Below are positions 28,932-38,499 of a stretch of 64,000 bases of DNA, piece after piece; the stretch's first letter is position 1; each line of letters starts with the position of its first letter. The translations under genes and the position numbers were made by a program. Origin of the DNA: a virus (lineage: Duplodnaviria; Heunggongvirae; Uroviricota; Caudoviricetes). The notes beneath the pieces were generated by a model, which was given only the letters and a program-made list of their open reading frames with translations, was not told the origin of the DNA and made no database searches. The stretch is taken from the IMG/VR virus record IMGVR_UViG_3300009709_000002, positions 168,228 to 232,227 of that record; one strand, written 5' to 3'.

Positions 28932-31676
28932 TTAATTTGAAACCGCAGTTTCTCGACGTGTTCCTGGAGCTTTTTGGCTATCAGGAACGATACTCTTGTT
29001 TCTACCGCTCGTGTTTTGTGCAATCATCGCCAAAAGTTGAGTCTGTTTTTGCAGCTCAACGTTCGAGCCACCATCAACATCCGATGCATTGTAAACCGGT
29101 GTGCCGTTGCTATCAGTGTCTACCGTCGTTGATCCACCCATTCCATTCACTGCATTTGTCACTGGCGAAGTATCAACTGATCCACCAATACGATTGTTAG
29201 CCCATGAAAGCAAGCCACCAGCAGTTCCAGTCTTATTGAACAACGCTGCGTTGCTCTTATAAGCATCTGCACTGACTAACGATCTAAGCGGCGTATTTGG
29301 ATTTGCGCTTAGAACAGCTTTAGCACCACCTGGGCCAAGCAGGTGAGCCAGGTACATTCCGCCACCAGTTGTTGCACCAGTAGCACGCTGACCGTCACGA
29401 ATGTAGAAAGCTCCCATGATCGCCGACAGTCGTTGATCACTCTTCAAAGCTAGCAGCTGTGAGCTTGTCATTCCATTGACGTTCACACCAGCCTGAGCGC
29501 CATACTTCTTGATTGTTTCGAGCCACGTGCCATCAGTAAATTGGAACAAGCCAGAAGCAGATGAGTTAGGGTTTCTAGCATTTGATTTACCACCAGACTC
29601 TTGGCTTGCGATGTTTGCTAGAATGCTTGGATCAACACCTGTAAGCTTCGCAGCTTCAGCGATACTTCCAGCCAAACCTTGACGGCTAGCGAGGTATGAA
29701 CTTTCGCCGCTGTTCAGGTTTGATGAATACAACCCGAGAGTTGCGCCTACGCCAACAGTACTACTTGCAGCGCCAAGAGCGAATCGACCAGCCGTCATAA
29801 GACCAGCTCGAATACCTCCAGTTGCTGCAGCTCCAGCGGCTGCTCCGGCTGCACCTTCTGCAGCTCCAGCTGCTCCGGCTGCCGCTGCTCCTCCACCTGC
29901 CATCAATCCTCTAGCGATAGCTAACGCTTTTGAGCCGCCCTTCATGATCAAATCTTTACCGATCAGACCGAGAATAACCTCGCCAAGACCCATAGCGAAT
30001 TGTGCAGCAGAATTGTGAGTGATCGTGTTGAACGTATCTACCGTGTCACGAGCAGCCATCATCGCCTTTGAGAATGCATCTGTTGCTTGCACAGCCTGAT
30101 CCAAGCCATCTAGCTGAGCTTTCGTCATGTTTGCAAGATTAGATTGCGCGTCGCTTCCATTAAGCTGCTTAATACCAGCGCCTGTCATGTCTTTTGTAAG
30201 ATCTTTTAATCCACCAGCTTGATTCATGTATGTATTAAAAGCATAACGATCAAACCCATTGCTGCCAGGACGATTTAAAAATTGAGCTCTAGCATTGTTA
30301 ATGTCTAAAAGCGCTTGTTTGCCTTCTTTGCTATCAGTAATTTTTCTGACAGTGTCATTGTCACCAATACCAGCTGCGTTAACGGCCGGTTGTATTGTTT
30401 TAATCGCTGCCGCTAGCTTGGGATCATTTGGCGAAGCTTTTTGAAGCATTGCAAGAGCATTTTGATAATTGAGCGCCTGCGTTTGCATGCCCTGAAGGTC
30501 AGTATTTTCAGGATTAGTAATTTCACTGACCTTCTTATTGAAGTCAGTCAATTGCTCATTGCTCATGCCCATGAGACGTTCATTTTCTACACGAGCTTTG
30601 ATTTCATCAGCGACTACACCAACTTGTTTCTTTCCAAGCCCAAGAATGCGTCCTTGTACAACTTCATCCTGAGCTTGCAGTGCGATCAAATCAGCATATT
30701 GATCATAACTGTCACCGAAGATTTTTGCAAAGTCTTTGTACTGATTTTGCAACTTCTTCATTTGATCTTGGCCAGAAGCGCTAAGAACATTAACACCCAT
30801 GCTTTGGATGACACCAGCAAAGTTCGCCGTCGCCTTCTTAGCGTCCTTGCCTAAGAACTCAAGACCTTTCGAAGCTTCATTCAGGTAGTCGCCAAAGTTC
30901 TTTACGCCTTCAGCGCCACCGCCAAGCTGGAGAACGATGTCTCTGTGCTTGCTGACGATCTCTGCATATTCTTCAAACGTGAGGTTCAGCTTCAAAGCTG
31001 ATGTTTGAAGCTCCATGAAGGTGCCTTGTAGACCGACGCGGCTGATAGCAACCCACTCGTCGATACCTTGGCTCATGGCCTTCTTCATCGCCTTTAGACC
31101 TTCGGTCACAGACGCGTATCGAGAGATGTTTTCTGCTAGCTTGCTCTTAACACCTTCAAGAGTCTTGGACAGCTTGTCATTAGCGGTTGCGGCCTGCAGA
31201 GTTCTGTCTGTGTAGACCTTGAGGGCCTCTGTAGCTTCTATGATGGTTTCGGCGTGCTTGTGATTCTTGATACCAAGCTGACGCAACTCTTCAATGTAAG
31301 CGCGCTTTGTCGCGAATTCTTTACCGCTTTGAGCTGTAACACGAGCACCATACTTGGCATAATCGGCGTGAAGACGATCCATGCCTTTCTTTTGAGCCTT
31401 GGCGACACGCTCAGCGATATCTTCCTGGTGATTGATCGCGGCCGACAAGTCTTTAAGATTCTTGATCAGGCTTAGCTGTTCATCGTTAAAGATTTTTGTC
31501 GACTTCAGCTGCTGCTTCATTTGCTCAAGCAGCTTTTCAGCACCAAACTTTGACAGTTTATCAAGAGCGTCATTCAGTCTGGTCGCTGAACGCTGAGCTT
31601 CTAGATTAGACTTGGCGAGTTGGTTGAAAACAGCGTCAATTCTACTTAGTGCTGTCTTATCGCTGTTATCGGCCAT
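28932..31676 (-). CDS. Tape measure protein with C-terminal lytic transglycosylase domain
   Basis: Long A/Q/K-rich helical region; IASQESGG..NARNPNSSASGLFQF..GTW; YLAHLLG. Confidence 0.8.
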   Translation of the reverse strand: MADNSDKTALSRIDAVFNQLAKSNLEAQRSATRLNDALDKLSKFGAEKLLEQMKQQLKSTKIFNDEQLSLIKNLKDLSAAINHQEDIAERVAKAQKKGMDRLHADYAKYGARVTAQSGKEFATKRAYIEELRQLGIKNHKHAETIIEATEALKVYTDRTLQAATANDKLSKTLEGVKSKLAENISRYASVTEGLKAMKKAMSQGIDEWVAISRVGLQGTFMELQTSALKLNLTFEEYAEIVSKHRDIVLQLGGGAEGVKNFGDYLNEASKGLEFLGKDAKKATANFAGVIQSMGVNVLSASGQDQMKKLQNQYKDFAKIFGDSYDQYADLIALQAQDEVVQGRILGLGKKQVGVVADEIKARVENERLMGMSNEQLTDFNKKVSEITNPENTDLQGMQTQALNYQNALAMLQKASPNDPKLAAAIKTIQPAVNAAGIGDNDTVRKITDSKEGKQALLDINNARAQFLNRPGSNGFDRYAFNTYMNQAGGLKDLTKDMTGAGIKQLNGSDAQSNLANMTKAQLDGLDQAVQATDAFSKAMMAARDTVDTFNTITHNSAAQFAMGLGEVILGLIGKDLIMKGGSKALAIARGLMAGGGAAAAGAAGAAEGAAGAAAGAAATGGIRAGLMTAGRFALGAASSTVGVGATLGLYSSNLNSGESSYLASRQGLAGSIAEAAKLTGVDPSILANIASQESGGKSNARNPNSSASGLFQFTDGTWLETIKKYGAQAGVNVNGMTSSQLLALKSDQRLSAIMGAFYIRDGQRATGATTGGGMYLAHLLGPGGAKAVLSANPNTPLRSLVSADAYKSNAALFNKTGTAGGLLSWANNRIGGSVDTSPVTNAVNGMGGSTTVDTDSNGTPVYNASDVDGGSNVELQKQTQLLAMIAQNTSGRNKSIVPDSQKAPGTRRETAVSN

Positions 31677-31697
31677 TTTTCAAGTTCCTATTTTGTC

Positions 31698-31743
31698 ATA
31701 AATACAGTTGTCGCACAAATGCGGACTATCTTCTTTATTTATA
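31698..31743. promoter_or_regulatory. Face-to-face late promoters
   Basis: ATAAATA plus 31698-31704; TATAAATA minus 31743-31736. Confidence 0.65.
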
Positions 31744-31751
31744 GGCTTGTC

Positions 31752-32165
31752 ATGTTATCTCCAGAGGCACGGTCGTTATCAGCACTGCTAAATGAAGCAT
31801 GGCTAGAAGACGCCTACAAAGAAAATCGCGGAATGATGGTATTGTCGCTGAAAGATCAGCTAGGAATGAGAGGCCTCATCCTTGATCTTGATAGCTTACC
31901 ATCACAGCCGCTACCGTTCAAAGAAATTTTCATCAAGTGGATATTGAAGGTCAACCAACCTAGAATAGAAGCTGGCGAAAAGCCCCTCGTTACGGTTGAG
32001 CTAGCTCTGAAATGTCCTCTTTGGAAAGCCATTGATCCTCCTTTCATTAGCGTAAAGCTGACAAAGGAAGCAATGTTCAAGAAACCAAAGCCAACCATCA
32101 GAAGTATCGGCTCTAAGCCATCGATGGGAAGCATAAATAGTAACATGCCAAAACCTTCAAAATAA
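31752..32165 (+). CDS. Hypothetical protein
   Basis: ORF downstream of late promoter; start 31752 preferred over 31719. Confidence 0.55.
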   Translation: MLSPEARSLSALLNEAWLEDAYKENRGMMVLSLKDQLGMRGLILDLDSLPSQPLPFKEIFIKWILKVNQPRIEAGEKPLVTVELALKCPLWKAIDPPFISVKLTKEAMFKKPKPTIRSIGSKPSMGSINSNMPKPSK

Positions 32166-32189
32166 TCGAAGCATCATACCAGAGGTCAT

Positions 32190-33023
32190 ATGAATCCACT
32201 ATTAGCAAAAGTAAAGCTCCCAGGTCGAGTTTTCCAATTTCCATCAAAAGGTCTTTTCTACGGTCCAGGCATCTTTGCTCCGCACGTAAAAGATGGTGAA
32301 GTTGAGGTGAAGCCGATGTCAGCTCTCACTGAGTTGAAGCTTCGCTCGCCAGATCTTTTATTCTCCGGTAGAGCCTTGGTAGAAGTTTGTGCTGAGTGCG
32401 TACCAGACATTCTGCAACCTAACAAGCTCGTCACAAAAGACGTTGACGCATTATTCTGTTTCCTGAAGGTTTCGACCTATGGAAGCATCATGAACATTTC
32501 ATCGATCCACCGTTGTCCAGATGCGAAAATCCACCAGTATGACATCAACCTGGAAACCATCATCGGTTCTCCAAACAATGCGTCACTGGATAGCCGTGAT
32601 GTAACATACAGAGTGACGCTGTCAAATGGTCAACGTGTAAAGCTGCGTCCAGTTTCTTTTGAAGATTCACTGAAGTTGAATCACATTCGCCAGGATCTTC
32701 AGCGTGGTTTCGAAACGTCAGGTAATCGTGATCCAGCGAACGCAGAAGTTGAAAAGCTGCTGTTGGTCGATCTGCTGTCAGTTATTGAAGGTGTAGAGGC
32801 TCAGATTGAAGGGACGGAATCCACGACTTTGATTACTGACCGCAAGTTGCTTGAAGAATGGGCTAGACAACTACAACGTAAGTGGATCGATGAGCTATCA
32901 GCTCAAGCAGTACGTGCTGATGAGTGGGGCTACTCAATGAAGACGAAGCTGAAGTGCAAGGACTGCGGAGAGGAATACGTACACGACATCGAGGTAGACC
33001 CGATAAATTTTTTCTTCGGGTAA
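32190..33023 (+). CDS. gp26-like baseplate hub / tail assembly chaperone
   Basis: LPG..FPSKG.FY, PMSA.TE, DVDAL, CxxC motifs, ends NFFFG; late promoter 32133-32139. Confidence 0.75.
   Translation: MNPLLAKVKLPGRVFQFPSKGLFYGPGIFAPHVKDGEVEVKPMSALTELKLRSPDLLFSGRALVEVCAECVPDILQPNKLVTKDVDALFCFLKVSTYGSIMNISSIHRCPDAKIHQYDINLETIIGSPNNASLDSRDVTYRVTLSNGQRVKLRPVSFEDSLKLNHIRQDLQRGFETSGNRDPANAEVEKLLLVDLLSVIEGVEAQIEGTESTTLITDRKLLEEWARQLQRKWIDELSAQAVRADEWGYSMKTKLKCKDCGEEYVHDIEVDPINFFFG
33005..33014 (+). other. Putative -1 ribosomal frameshift site
   Basis: Overlapping in-frame heptamers A_AAT_TTT and T_TTT_TTC just before the stop; -1 frame open to 33256. Confidence 0.65.
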
Positions 33024-33256
33024 TCGGATCAGGTGATCAAGCAGTAATCGCCGAGATGATGCGTGCTTTCACGTCAGCAAACGAGCAGCTGATAAACTTA
33101 CTCATTCAGCTGCAGTACTACATGAGAGGCTCTATGTCAAGAGATGACGTTTGGGCTCTTACTCCTTCTGAGAGAGATCTCTACTTGGAGTTCATCAATA
33201 AGCGATTCAAAGAAGCCGGTGAGATGATAAAGAAGCAGATTCCTGTCTTCTTATAA
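33005..33256 (+). CDS. gp51-like C-terminal extension (in -1 frame)
   Basis: L.YYMRG.MS.DDVW.LTP.ER..Y..FI motif; may alternatively start at ATG 33056/33059 with weak RBS. Confidence 0.7.
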   Translation, partial: KFFLRVIGSGDQAVIAEMMRAFTSANEQLINLLIQLQYYMRGSMSRDDVWALTPSERDLYLEFINKRFKEAGEMIKKQIPVFL

Positions 33257-33273
33257 AGCCCGAAAGCCAATGA

Positions 33274-33302
33274 AACAAAGCCCGCAAATCGCGGGCTTTG
33301 TT
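33274..33302. terminator. Stem-loop terminator
   Basis: AACAAAGCCCGC-AAATC-GCGGGCTTTGTT. Confidence 0.75.
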
Positions 33303-33304
33303 GA

Positions 33305-33900
33305 ATGTCACGCCAGTGACATATCTGTTAGCTAAAATGCTACCAGTCCATTTGATCTAACTGGCGATTGCCTGCGGCATCGCTCGCTTCGCGAAGTTTT
33401 TCTTTTTCTGTGTGGCGGCGAAGCCGATCTATGAAAAGCTTTTCTATCATATTACGCTTTTCAAGCATAAACTTGCGCCGGCTAGGGCGCTGACAAAAGT
33501 CCCCAAGGACTACTTCTTCACACTCTAGGACCTAAGTCCAGCCAGCCCAGGTTACGCTTTACCTGGCAACCCTCACGGGTTTCGTGTGATCCGCATACGT
33601 AGACGCATTCCTAAGAGAGCTATAAGAAGTAATTTGCTCTCCTACCGCAAAGTTGTTTAAGCTTTGCATCTGGGAAATTTATTTGTTAGCTTACACTAGC
33701 AAATTCTGGCGAACTGCAAGGGACATGCAGCAGATTCTTCTAAACGAGACTTTTCTTTTTCCCGATCCGTACCAGAGGCCTTTTCAAATCATTGCAACAA
33801 ATGAAGTGATGGTCCCACAGGGCACAGATCTGTGGGTGGCCAAGCGTGCAGGTTAATGACTCCATGCAAGCCGATATTTTTTGACGAGGTTGCGTGTTCT
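33305..33900 (+). ncRNA. Large structured non-coding element (ncRNA or origin, unresolved)
   Basis: ~600 nt without a credible ORF; more than 10 stems; G-U pairs favour the plus strand. Confidence 0.5.
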
Positions 33901-33920
33901 GTGCCGGTGTTACTTACTAC

Positions 33921-34328
33921 TTATTCTTCAACCGGAACTTCAGAACCTTCAAGCTCGAAAAGAACGAATGTGAGAGCGCTACTACCGCTACCGATCGTGC
34001 TGACCAGAATTACTGCAAGATTTTCCATGCTAGTTTCATAGACGAGAGTTGGTTCAATAACTCCAGCGTCATCAGCATTGAACACCGTGATGCCAACATC
34101 CAGCTCAAGCTCATCGTTGCCGTTGACTACATCTTCAAACAAGACGGACCAGAAGGCCGCATTGCGTGGAAATGATGTGGTGAGTGTGAGCTGAGGAGTA
34201 GTTTCGCCAGAAGGATCATTGACGAATTCTGCATGTTCTAGCGATTCATTCAGACCATCAACGAATCCTTGAAAGTAGTCGCTAGTACCTTCAGACAGCT
34301 TGAACGTGTATTTGACTTGAGTAGACAT
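33921..34328 (-). CDS. Acidic hypothetical protein
   Basis: ORF directly abutting upstream gene in the operon. Confidence 0.7.
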   Translation of the reverse strand: MSTQVKYTFKLSEGTSDYFQGFVDGLNESLEHAEFVNDPSGETTPQLTLTTSFPRNAAFWSVLFEDVVNGNDELELDVGITVFNADDAGVIEPTLVYETSMENLAVILVSTIGSGSSALTFVLFELEGSEVPVEE

Positions 34329-34625
34329 TTAGGCTTCCTGATTTTCTTCGATGAATTCTGCTTTTTCCATGGCGACGTTCTGACCTTTGAAGGTCTTCTT
34401 GAGCGTTTGGTACATGGATCGTTTCGTGCCGGGGAGATTGATGAGCTGACCTGAGGAGATCTTGACATTCTCAACCTTACCATCTTCCGTAACATTGAGC
34501 ATTTTGCGGGCGCGGTTTTCGATCTCAAAATACTGATGATCGATCGCCGGTTTACCTTCCGCGTCTACTTGGTTCGCCGCTTGACGAACCAGCTTACGCA
34601 TAAGCTTTGCTTTCTTTGCGTTCAT
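34329..34625 (-). CDS. Hypothetical protein
   Basis: Basic N-terminus MNAKKAKLMRK; operon context. Confidence 0.7.
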   Translation of the reverse strand: MNAKKAKLMRKLVRQAANQVDAEGKPAIDHQYFEIENRARKMLNVTEDGKVENVKISSGQLINLPGTKRSMYQTLKKTFKGQNVAMEKAEFIEENQEA

Positions 34626-34646
34626 ATGTCTTATGTATGAGTTAAG

Positions 34647-35249
34647 TTACTGCTTGAGTTTCCACCAATCTACATCTGCTAAAGCAACATCAAGCTCGAA
34701 AATCGTGATGAAGTAAATACTACCATCATCCTGTTCTCTAACCATCAAAACTTGCTGCTTCGTACCTTGCGGCAGCTTCGGCTTAGTGCTAACACCGTCT
34801 TTCTCTGTCCATGATGTGGCACAGAAGGTTTTTGAACGATTGAACTTGAAGATAAGCAGCGGAATTTTCTTGAGCTTTTCAGCATCGCCTTCTGCCTGCT
34901 TCATCCAACCTTCAATCTTGGAACCTGTCAGCAGGTACTCAAGATCATCAATCGTCTTGTAAAACTTGCACTCTAGGGAGAATGGGAATTTCCAACCCTC
35001 TGACTTGAGTACATCGGATTCATTGGACGGAACAACGTCGCCGATGAACAAGGTCATTGCTTCGATCGAAAAATTTTCGAGCATCTTAGCATTCTGACCA
35101 CCGAGAATAGCACCTGAGGATTGCGAACGACGAAACTTCATGGGCGCAAGAACTGTTGAAAGTTTCTTGGCGATTGAATTTTCAAAGCCTGAACCTTTGG
35201 CTTTTGAATTGACGCGTTTTTTCTTTACTTCTGGTGTAGTTTCTGTCAT
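34647..35249 (-). CDS. Holliday junction resolvase-like PD-(D/E)XK nuclease (Hjc/T5 D14-type)
   Basis: NSKAKGSGFE..IAK.L, SGA..GG, GD, ECK, PLLIFKFNR; next to gp46/47. Confidence 0.75.
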   Translation of the reverse strand: MTETTPEVKKKRVNSKAKGSGFENSIAKKLSTVLAPMKFRRSQSSGAILGGQNAKMLENFSIEAMTLFIGDVVPSNESDVLKSEGWKFPFSLECKFYKTIDDLEYLLTGSKIEGWMKQAEGDAEKLKKIPLLIFKFNRSKTFCATSWTEKDGVSTKPKLPQGTKQQVLMVREQDDGSIYFITIFELDVALADVDWWKLKQ

Positions 35250-35250
35250 A

Positions 35251-35338
35251 TTGTGGTGCTCCTATTTGTATGGCAAATATTTATGGAGCACCACAAAAGC
35301 AGTAAAATGATTCTATTTCAGGCGGCCATGTTTGTAAA
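35251..35338 (-). promoter_or_regulatory. Early promoter plus RBS-sequestering hairpin containing a late promoter
   Basis: TTTACA-N17-TAGAAT (35338-35310); TTGTGGTGCTCC...GGAGCACCACAA 12-bp stem enclosing ATAAATA. Confidence 0.8.
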
Positions 35339-35358
35339 TTTTACATCAAGGAGTTCAC

Positions 35359-37101
35359 CTAGTTATCGATTTGCATCAGCTGCGAGAAACCACCATCTTT
35401 TCTCACGGCGATGGTCTTATCACACCGTCCTTCGAACTCTGGTCGGTGTGAGATGATGTAAATGCAGATACTGTCATCCCAAGCCTTCGTTTTCAGCAGG
35501 TGTATCAATGCATCAATGCAGTTGGTGTCCAAGCTACCACCATCGACCTCATCTGTGAACAGAACATTGACTCTAGAGTGCAAGTACGTCAATGTGTCAC
35601 GGAACGCTAAGCAGAGAGAAAGATTTAATCGTTTCTTCTCACCGTTAGAGAGGTTGCCGTGATCTAGAGATCGGTTGTACTGTGAGATCTCACACGACAT
35701 ATCAGGCATGAAGTTAACAATGTGCGGCAGGTTCAACTTTTGCGTGTAGTAGCCGATGCGTTTATTCAAGAATGGAATGTTCTTGGAGATGATGTCTTTA
35801 CGAATGAACGAATTTTTGTCGGTCAGCAGCTTCACCAGTACTTGCTGGTGGTTAAGCAACCTTACAAGTTCATCCAGAGCGGCATAATCGATCTTGATCT
35901 CACCCTCATTGACTAGAGCGTTGAGAGCTTCGACGTGAGGATTGTCTTGGTTAGCCAGCTCGATCATCTTAGCGTTCAGCGTATCTGTGCTAGCTTTGAT
36001 CTTTAGCAGCTCTGAAAGATCATTGTGCTTGATCTTCCCTTCAATAGCTTCGATCTCATCATTGATTCGATCTACTTCAATCTCATTGTTCGTCAAGCTT
36101 GCGAAGATAATTTCTCGTTCAGAGACTTTCACAGCGATCTTTTCACGAAGCTCAGCGATCTTAGCTTCAGTGTCTTCAAACTTTTGCAAGCAGTACGGAC
36201 ACTTTGCCTCGATCAGGTGGCCAAGCTCATCAGATAGCTTCTGCAGCTCTTTCTTACGAGCATCATTATCAGTCTTCTGAGTGCGAACTTCCTGCTTCAA
36301 CGGTGAAAGTTTCGTCGTGAGCTTCTTTAGCTCTACGTGAAGAGCTTCCTCAGCGTCAAGATCGATCCCAGCGATGCGATCAAGCTTCGCTTGAATTTCC
36401 ATCAGCTGCGCATCACGGGTCATCGTCCAACGTTTAACCCGCTCTTTTGCTTCATCTACGTGACGGTGATATGTCTTGTTCTGAAGTTCTTGCTGAGCAA
36501 TCAACGTCTTCTGCATGTCGATAGCTCGTTCTGTCAGGCCGATTTCACGCTTCTGAGCGTTTGCCTTACGAGACAACGTAGTGATGCGGAGCAGCTCTTC
36601 GATCAAATTACGTTGTTCACCGACGCCAAGATCCAAGAATGGACGAGCGTTACCGTTGAACATAACCACTAGTGAGAATAACTGGAATGACATTCCAAAT
36701 ACTTCTTCAACCTTGTCATTGAAGTTGACGATCGAGTCAGGCGTAATGTCAACACCATTTTCCCAAAGTTGAACAGAATTACGATCGCCTCGAGTGCGAC
36801 GGACGATGTACTCATCTTCACCTTTTGCAAAGTAAAGATTGACTTCCATCGTTGTATTTTTCTTCTCATTCGTGCGGTTGATCAACTTATCCTTGCTCAC
36901 GCCAGATGGAATCTTGTCATAGAGAGCGTAGGAGATAGCCGAAATAACCGTCGTCTTACCAGACCCAGAGGATCCACCTTCGTCAAGGTTTTCACCGAGA
37001 ATGAAGTTGGTTCCTGGAGTCTTTAGATCTACTTCCGTCATCAAATTGCCGAAGCTCATGAAGTTGCGGAATGTTACTTTTTCAAAAATTATATGCTTCA
37101 T
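35359..37101 (-). CDS. 46: Recombination ATPase gp46 (SbcC/Rad50-like)
   Basis: FRNFMSFGN, GSGKTT, CPYC Zn hook, LSNGEKKR signature, FTDE, ISH. Confidence 0.95.
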   Translation of the reverse strand: MKHIIFEKVTFRNFMSFGNLMTEVDLKTPGTNFILGENLDEGGSSGSGKTTVISAISYALYDKIPSGVSKDKLINRTNEKKNTTMEVNLYFAKGEDEYIVRRTRGDRNSVQLWENGVDITPDSIVNFNDKVEEVFGMSFQLFSLVVMFNGNARPFLDLGVGEQRNLIEELLRITTLSRKANAQKREIGLTERAIDMQKTLIAQQELQNKTYHRHVDEAKERVKRWTMTRDAQLMEIQAKLDRIAGIDLDAEEALHVELKKLTTKLSPLKQEVRTQKTDNDARKKELQKLSDELGHLIEAKCPYCLQKFEDTEAKIAELREKIAVKVSEREIIFASLTNNEIEVDRINDEIEAIEGKIKHNDLSELLKIKASTDTLNAKMIELANQDNPHVEALNALVNEGEIKIDYAALDELVRLLNHQQVLVKLLTDKNSFIRKDIISKNIPFLNKRIGYYTQKLNLPHIVNFMPDMSCEISQYNRSLDHGNLSNGEKKRLNLSLCLAFRDTLTYLHSRVNVLFTDEVDGGSLDTNCIDALIHLLKTKAWDDSICIYIISHRPEFEGRCDKTIAVRKDGGFSQLMQIDN

Positions 37102-38180
37102 TCATCCGTTCCTGCGTCTGACGGCAGCAGCTTGTAAAGCTCGATAAGCATGTTCACGTCGATGTTCTTCAACGTTTTATCGTCTTTCATACCGCTGAGG
37201 GCAGCAACGACAAGCTCATCGATCGTGGCACCACCGTCTAAGTTTTCACTAACCTTGGCATTATCACCCTCAAGCAGACCTTGCTTTGCTTCACGATCTT
37301 CCTCGAGGATAAAATCACGTAGGTCATATGTCGAAACCATCGCATCACGAAGCTCTTGAGCTTCAGAGTAAGCGAGGTCGATGTCGATGACGCATTTTAC
37401 CTTCATGCCGCTAACTGGTGCCCAGTTGTTGGCCATTACATCTGAAAGATTGACCTTCAGGTACTTCGGGCACGCTTCCCAGTCGATGAACGAGACGACA
37501 TTCTCAAGCACTTCATATACGCACATGCCACGTTGGAAATCACCAGCATCACCGAAGTCCATCGGGAAGGTGTTGCCGATGTAGACGACGTTGTCTTTGG
37601 CTTGGCGCTTGTGGAAGTGCCCTGAGAAAATTTGATTGGGTCCTGGGAACAGCTTATGGTCTGGGCCATGCTCTAAAATAGTGTTGTAGCCCGTAACAAA
37701 GAAGTTCTGAAACTCGAAGTGACCAGCAAAAGCCCAAAGATCATTGTACTGAATGAGATCTTTGTACTCGTGATCGAACAAGTACGGTGAGAACAAGATA
37801 TTGTCGATGACTTGTGGTTTGTCAATGACAGTAAAGTTCTTCAGCTCTCCGAACATGCGGACAGAGTGAACGTCGCGAGTGGTGCGACGGTGTAAGTCAT
37901 GGTTGCCAACGATAAAGAAGATCGGAATGTCTAGCTGGTCTAGCATCACCAGCCCTTCATACGAGTAGTCCATCGTTTCAATGTTGATGGCTGAACGAGA
38001 TTCGAACCAATCACCAAGGAAGGCTAGGTGTGTGACGTCACCAATTCTGCGAACTTCATCACAAAACCACTTAATGAAGTTCAAACAGTCTTGATTGTGT
38101 ACTTTTGAGTTGTTTCGCTTGCCGAAATGAATGTCGGTCATCATGGCAAGCTTTTTGATTTCTGACGGCTTCTTAAGCAT
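37098..38180 (-). CDS. 47: Recombination nuclease gp47 (SbcD/Mre11-like)
   Basis: DIHFG, GDWF, GNHD, GHFE, GHFH; start probably ATG 38180. Confidence 0.93.
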   Translation of the reverse strand: MLKKPSEIKKLAMMTDIHFGKRNNSKVHNQDCLNFIKWFCDEVRRIGDVTHLAFLGDWFESRSAINIETMDYSYEGLVMLDQLDIPIFFIVGNHDLHRRTTRDVHSVRMFGELKNFTVIDKPQVIDNILFSPYLFDHEYKDLIQYNDLWAFAGHFEFQNFFVTGYNTILEHGPDHKLFPGPNQIFSGHFHKRQAKDNVVYIGNTFPMDFGDAGDFQRGMCVYEVLENVVSFIDWEACPKYLKVNLSDVMANNWAPVSGMKVKCVIDIDLAYSEAQELRDAMVSTYDLRDFILEEDREAKQGLLEGDNAKVSENLDGGATIDELVVAALSGMKDDKTLKNIDVNMLIELYKLLPSDAGTDE

Positions 38181-38496
38181 CGGGAGCGTGTCTGTCCAAT
38201 TCACGAATGAACTTATCGTATGCATCGATGAGTACGTCGGCTTGAGCCTGAAGGTTTTCAGCCTCTCGACGCTTCAGAAGAGCTTCATCACGCTTACGCA
38301 TAGCATCTGCTCTAATTCTTTCGGCGTTAATTTTTAAGCTGTTGTATTCATCTTTTGACATATTTGGGTCTATCGTTATAGTTGTTGGGTTGCTCCAGCC
38401 AAACCAATCTTCACAGGGCAGTGGGCCGCCTCTTTCTCGCCGCATTATGGCAAGTTGTTCACGGCACCATCGTGGTTCATCATCAAGAACTGACAT
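38173..38496 (-). CDS. Hypothetical protein
   Basis: Fills the gap between gp55 and gp47. Confidence 0.6.
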   Translation of the reverse strand: MSVLDDEPRWCREQLAIMRRERGGPLPCEDWFGWSNPTTITIDPNMSKDEYNSLKINAERIRADAMRKRDEALLKRREAENLQAQADVLIDAYDKFIRELDRHAPDA

Positions 38497-38499
38497 GAC

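Noticed and set aside
33653-34175. Short plus-strand ORFs in and next to the structured gap
   Set aside because: Non-ATG starts, no clear RBS, atypical composition; two overlap a real minus-strand gene
3285-37101. Inteins or introns in terL, capsid, portal or gp46
   Set aside because: All are normal length, uninterrupted and show no intein or group I motifs
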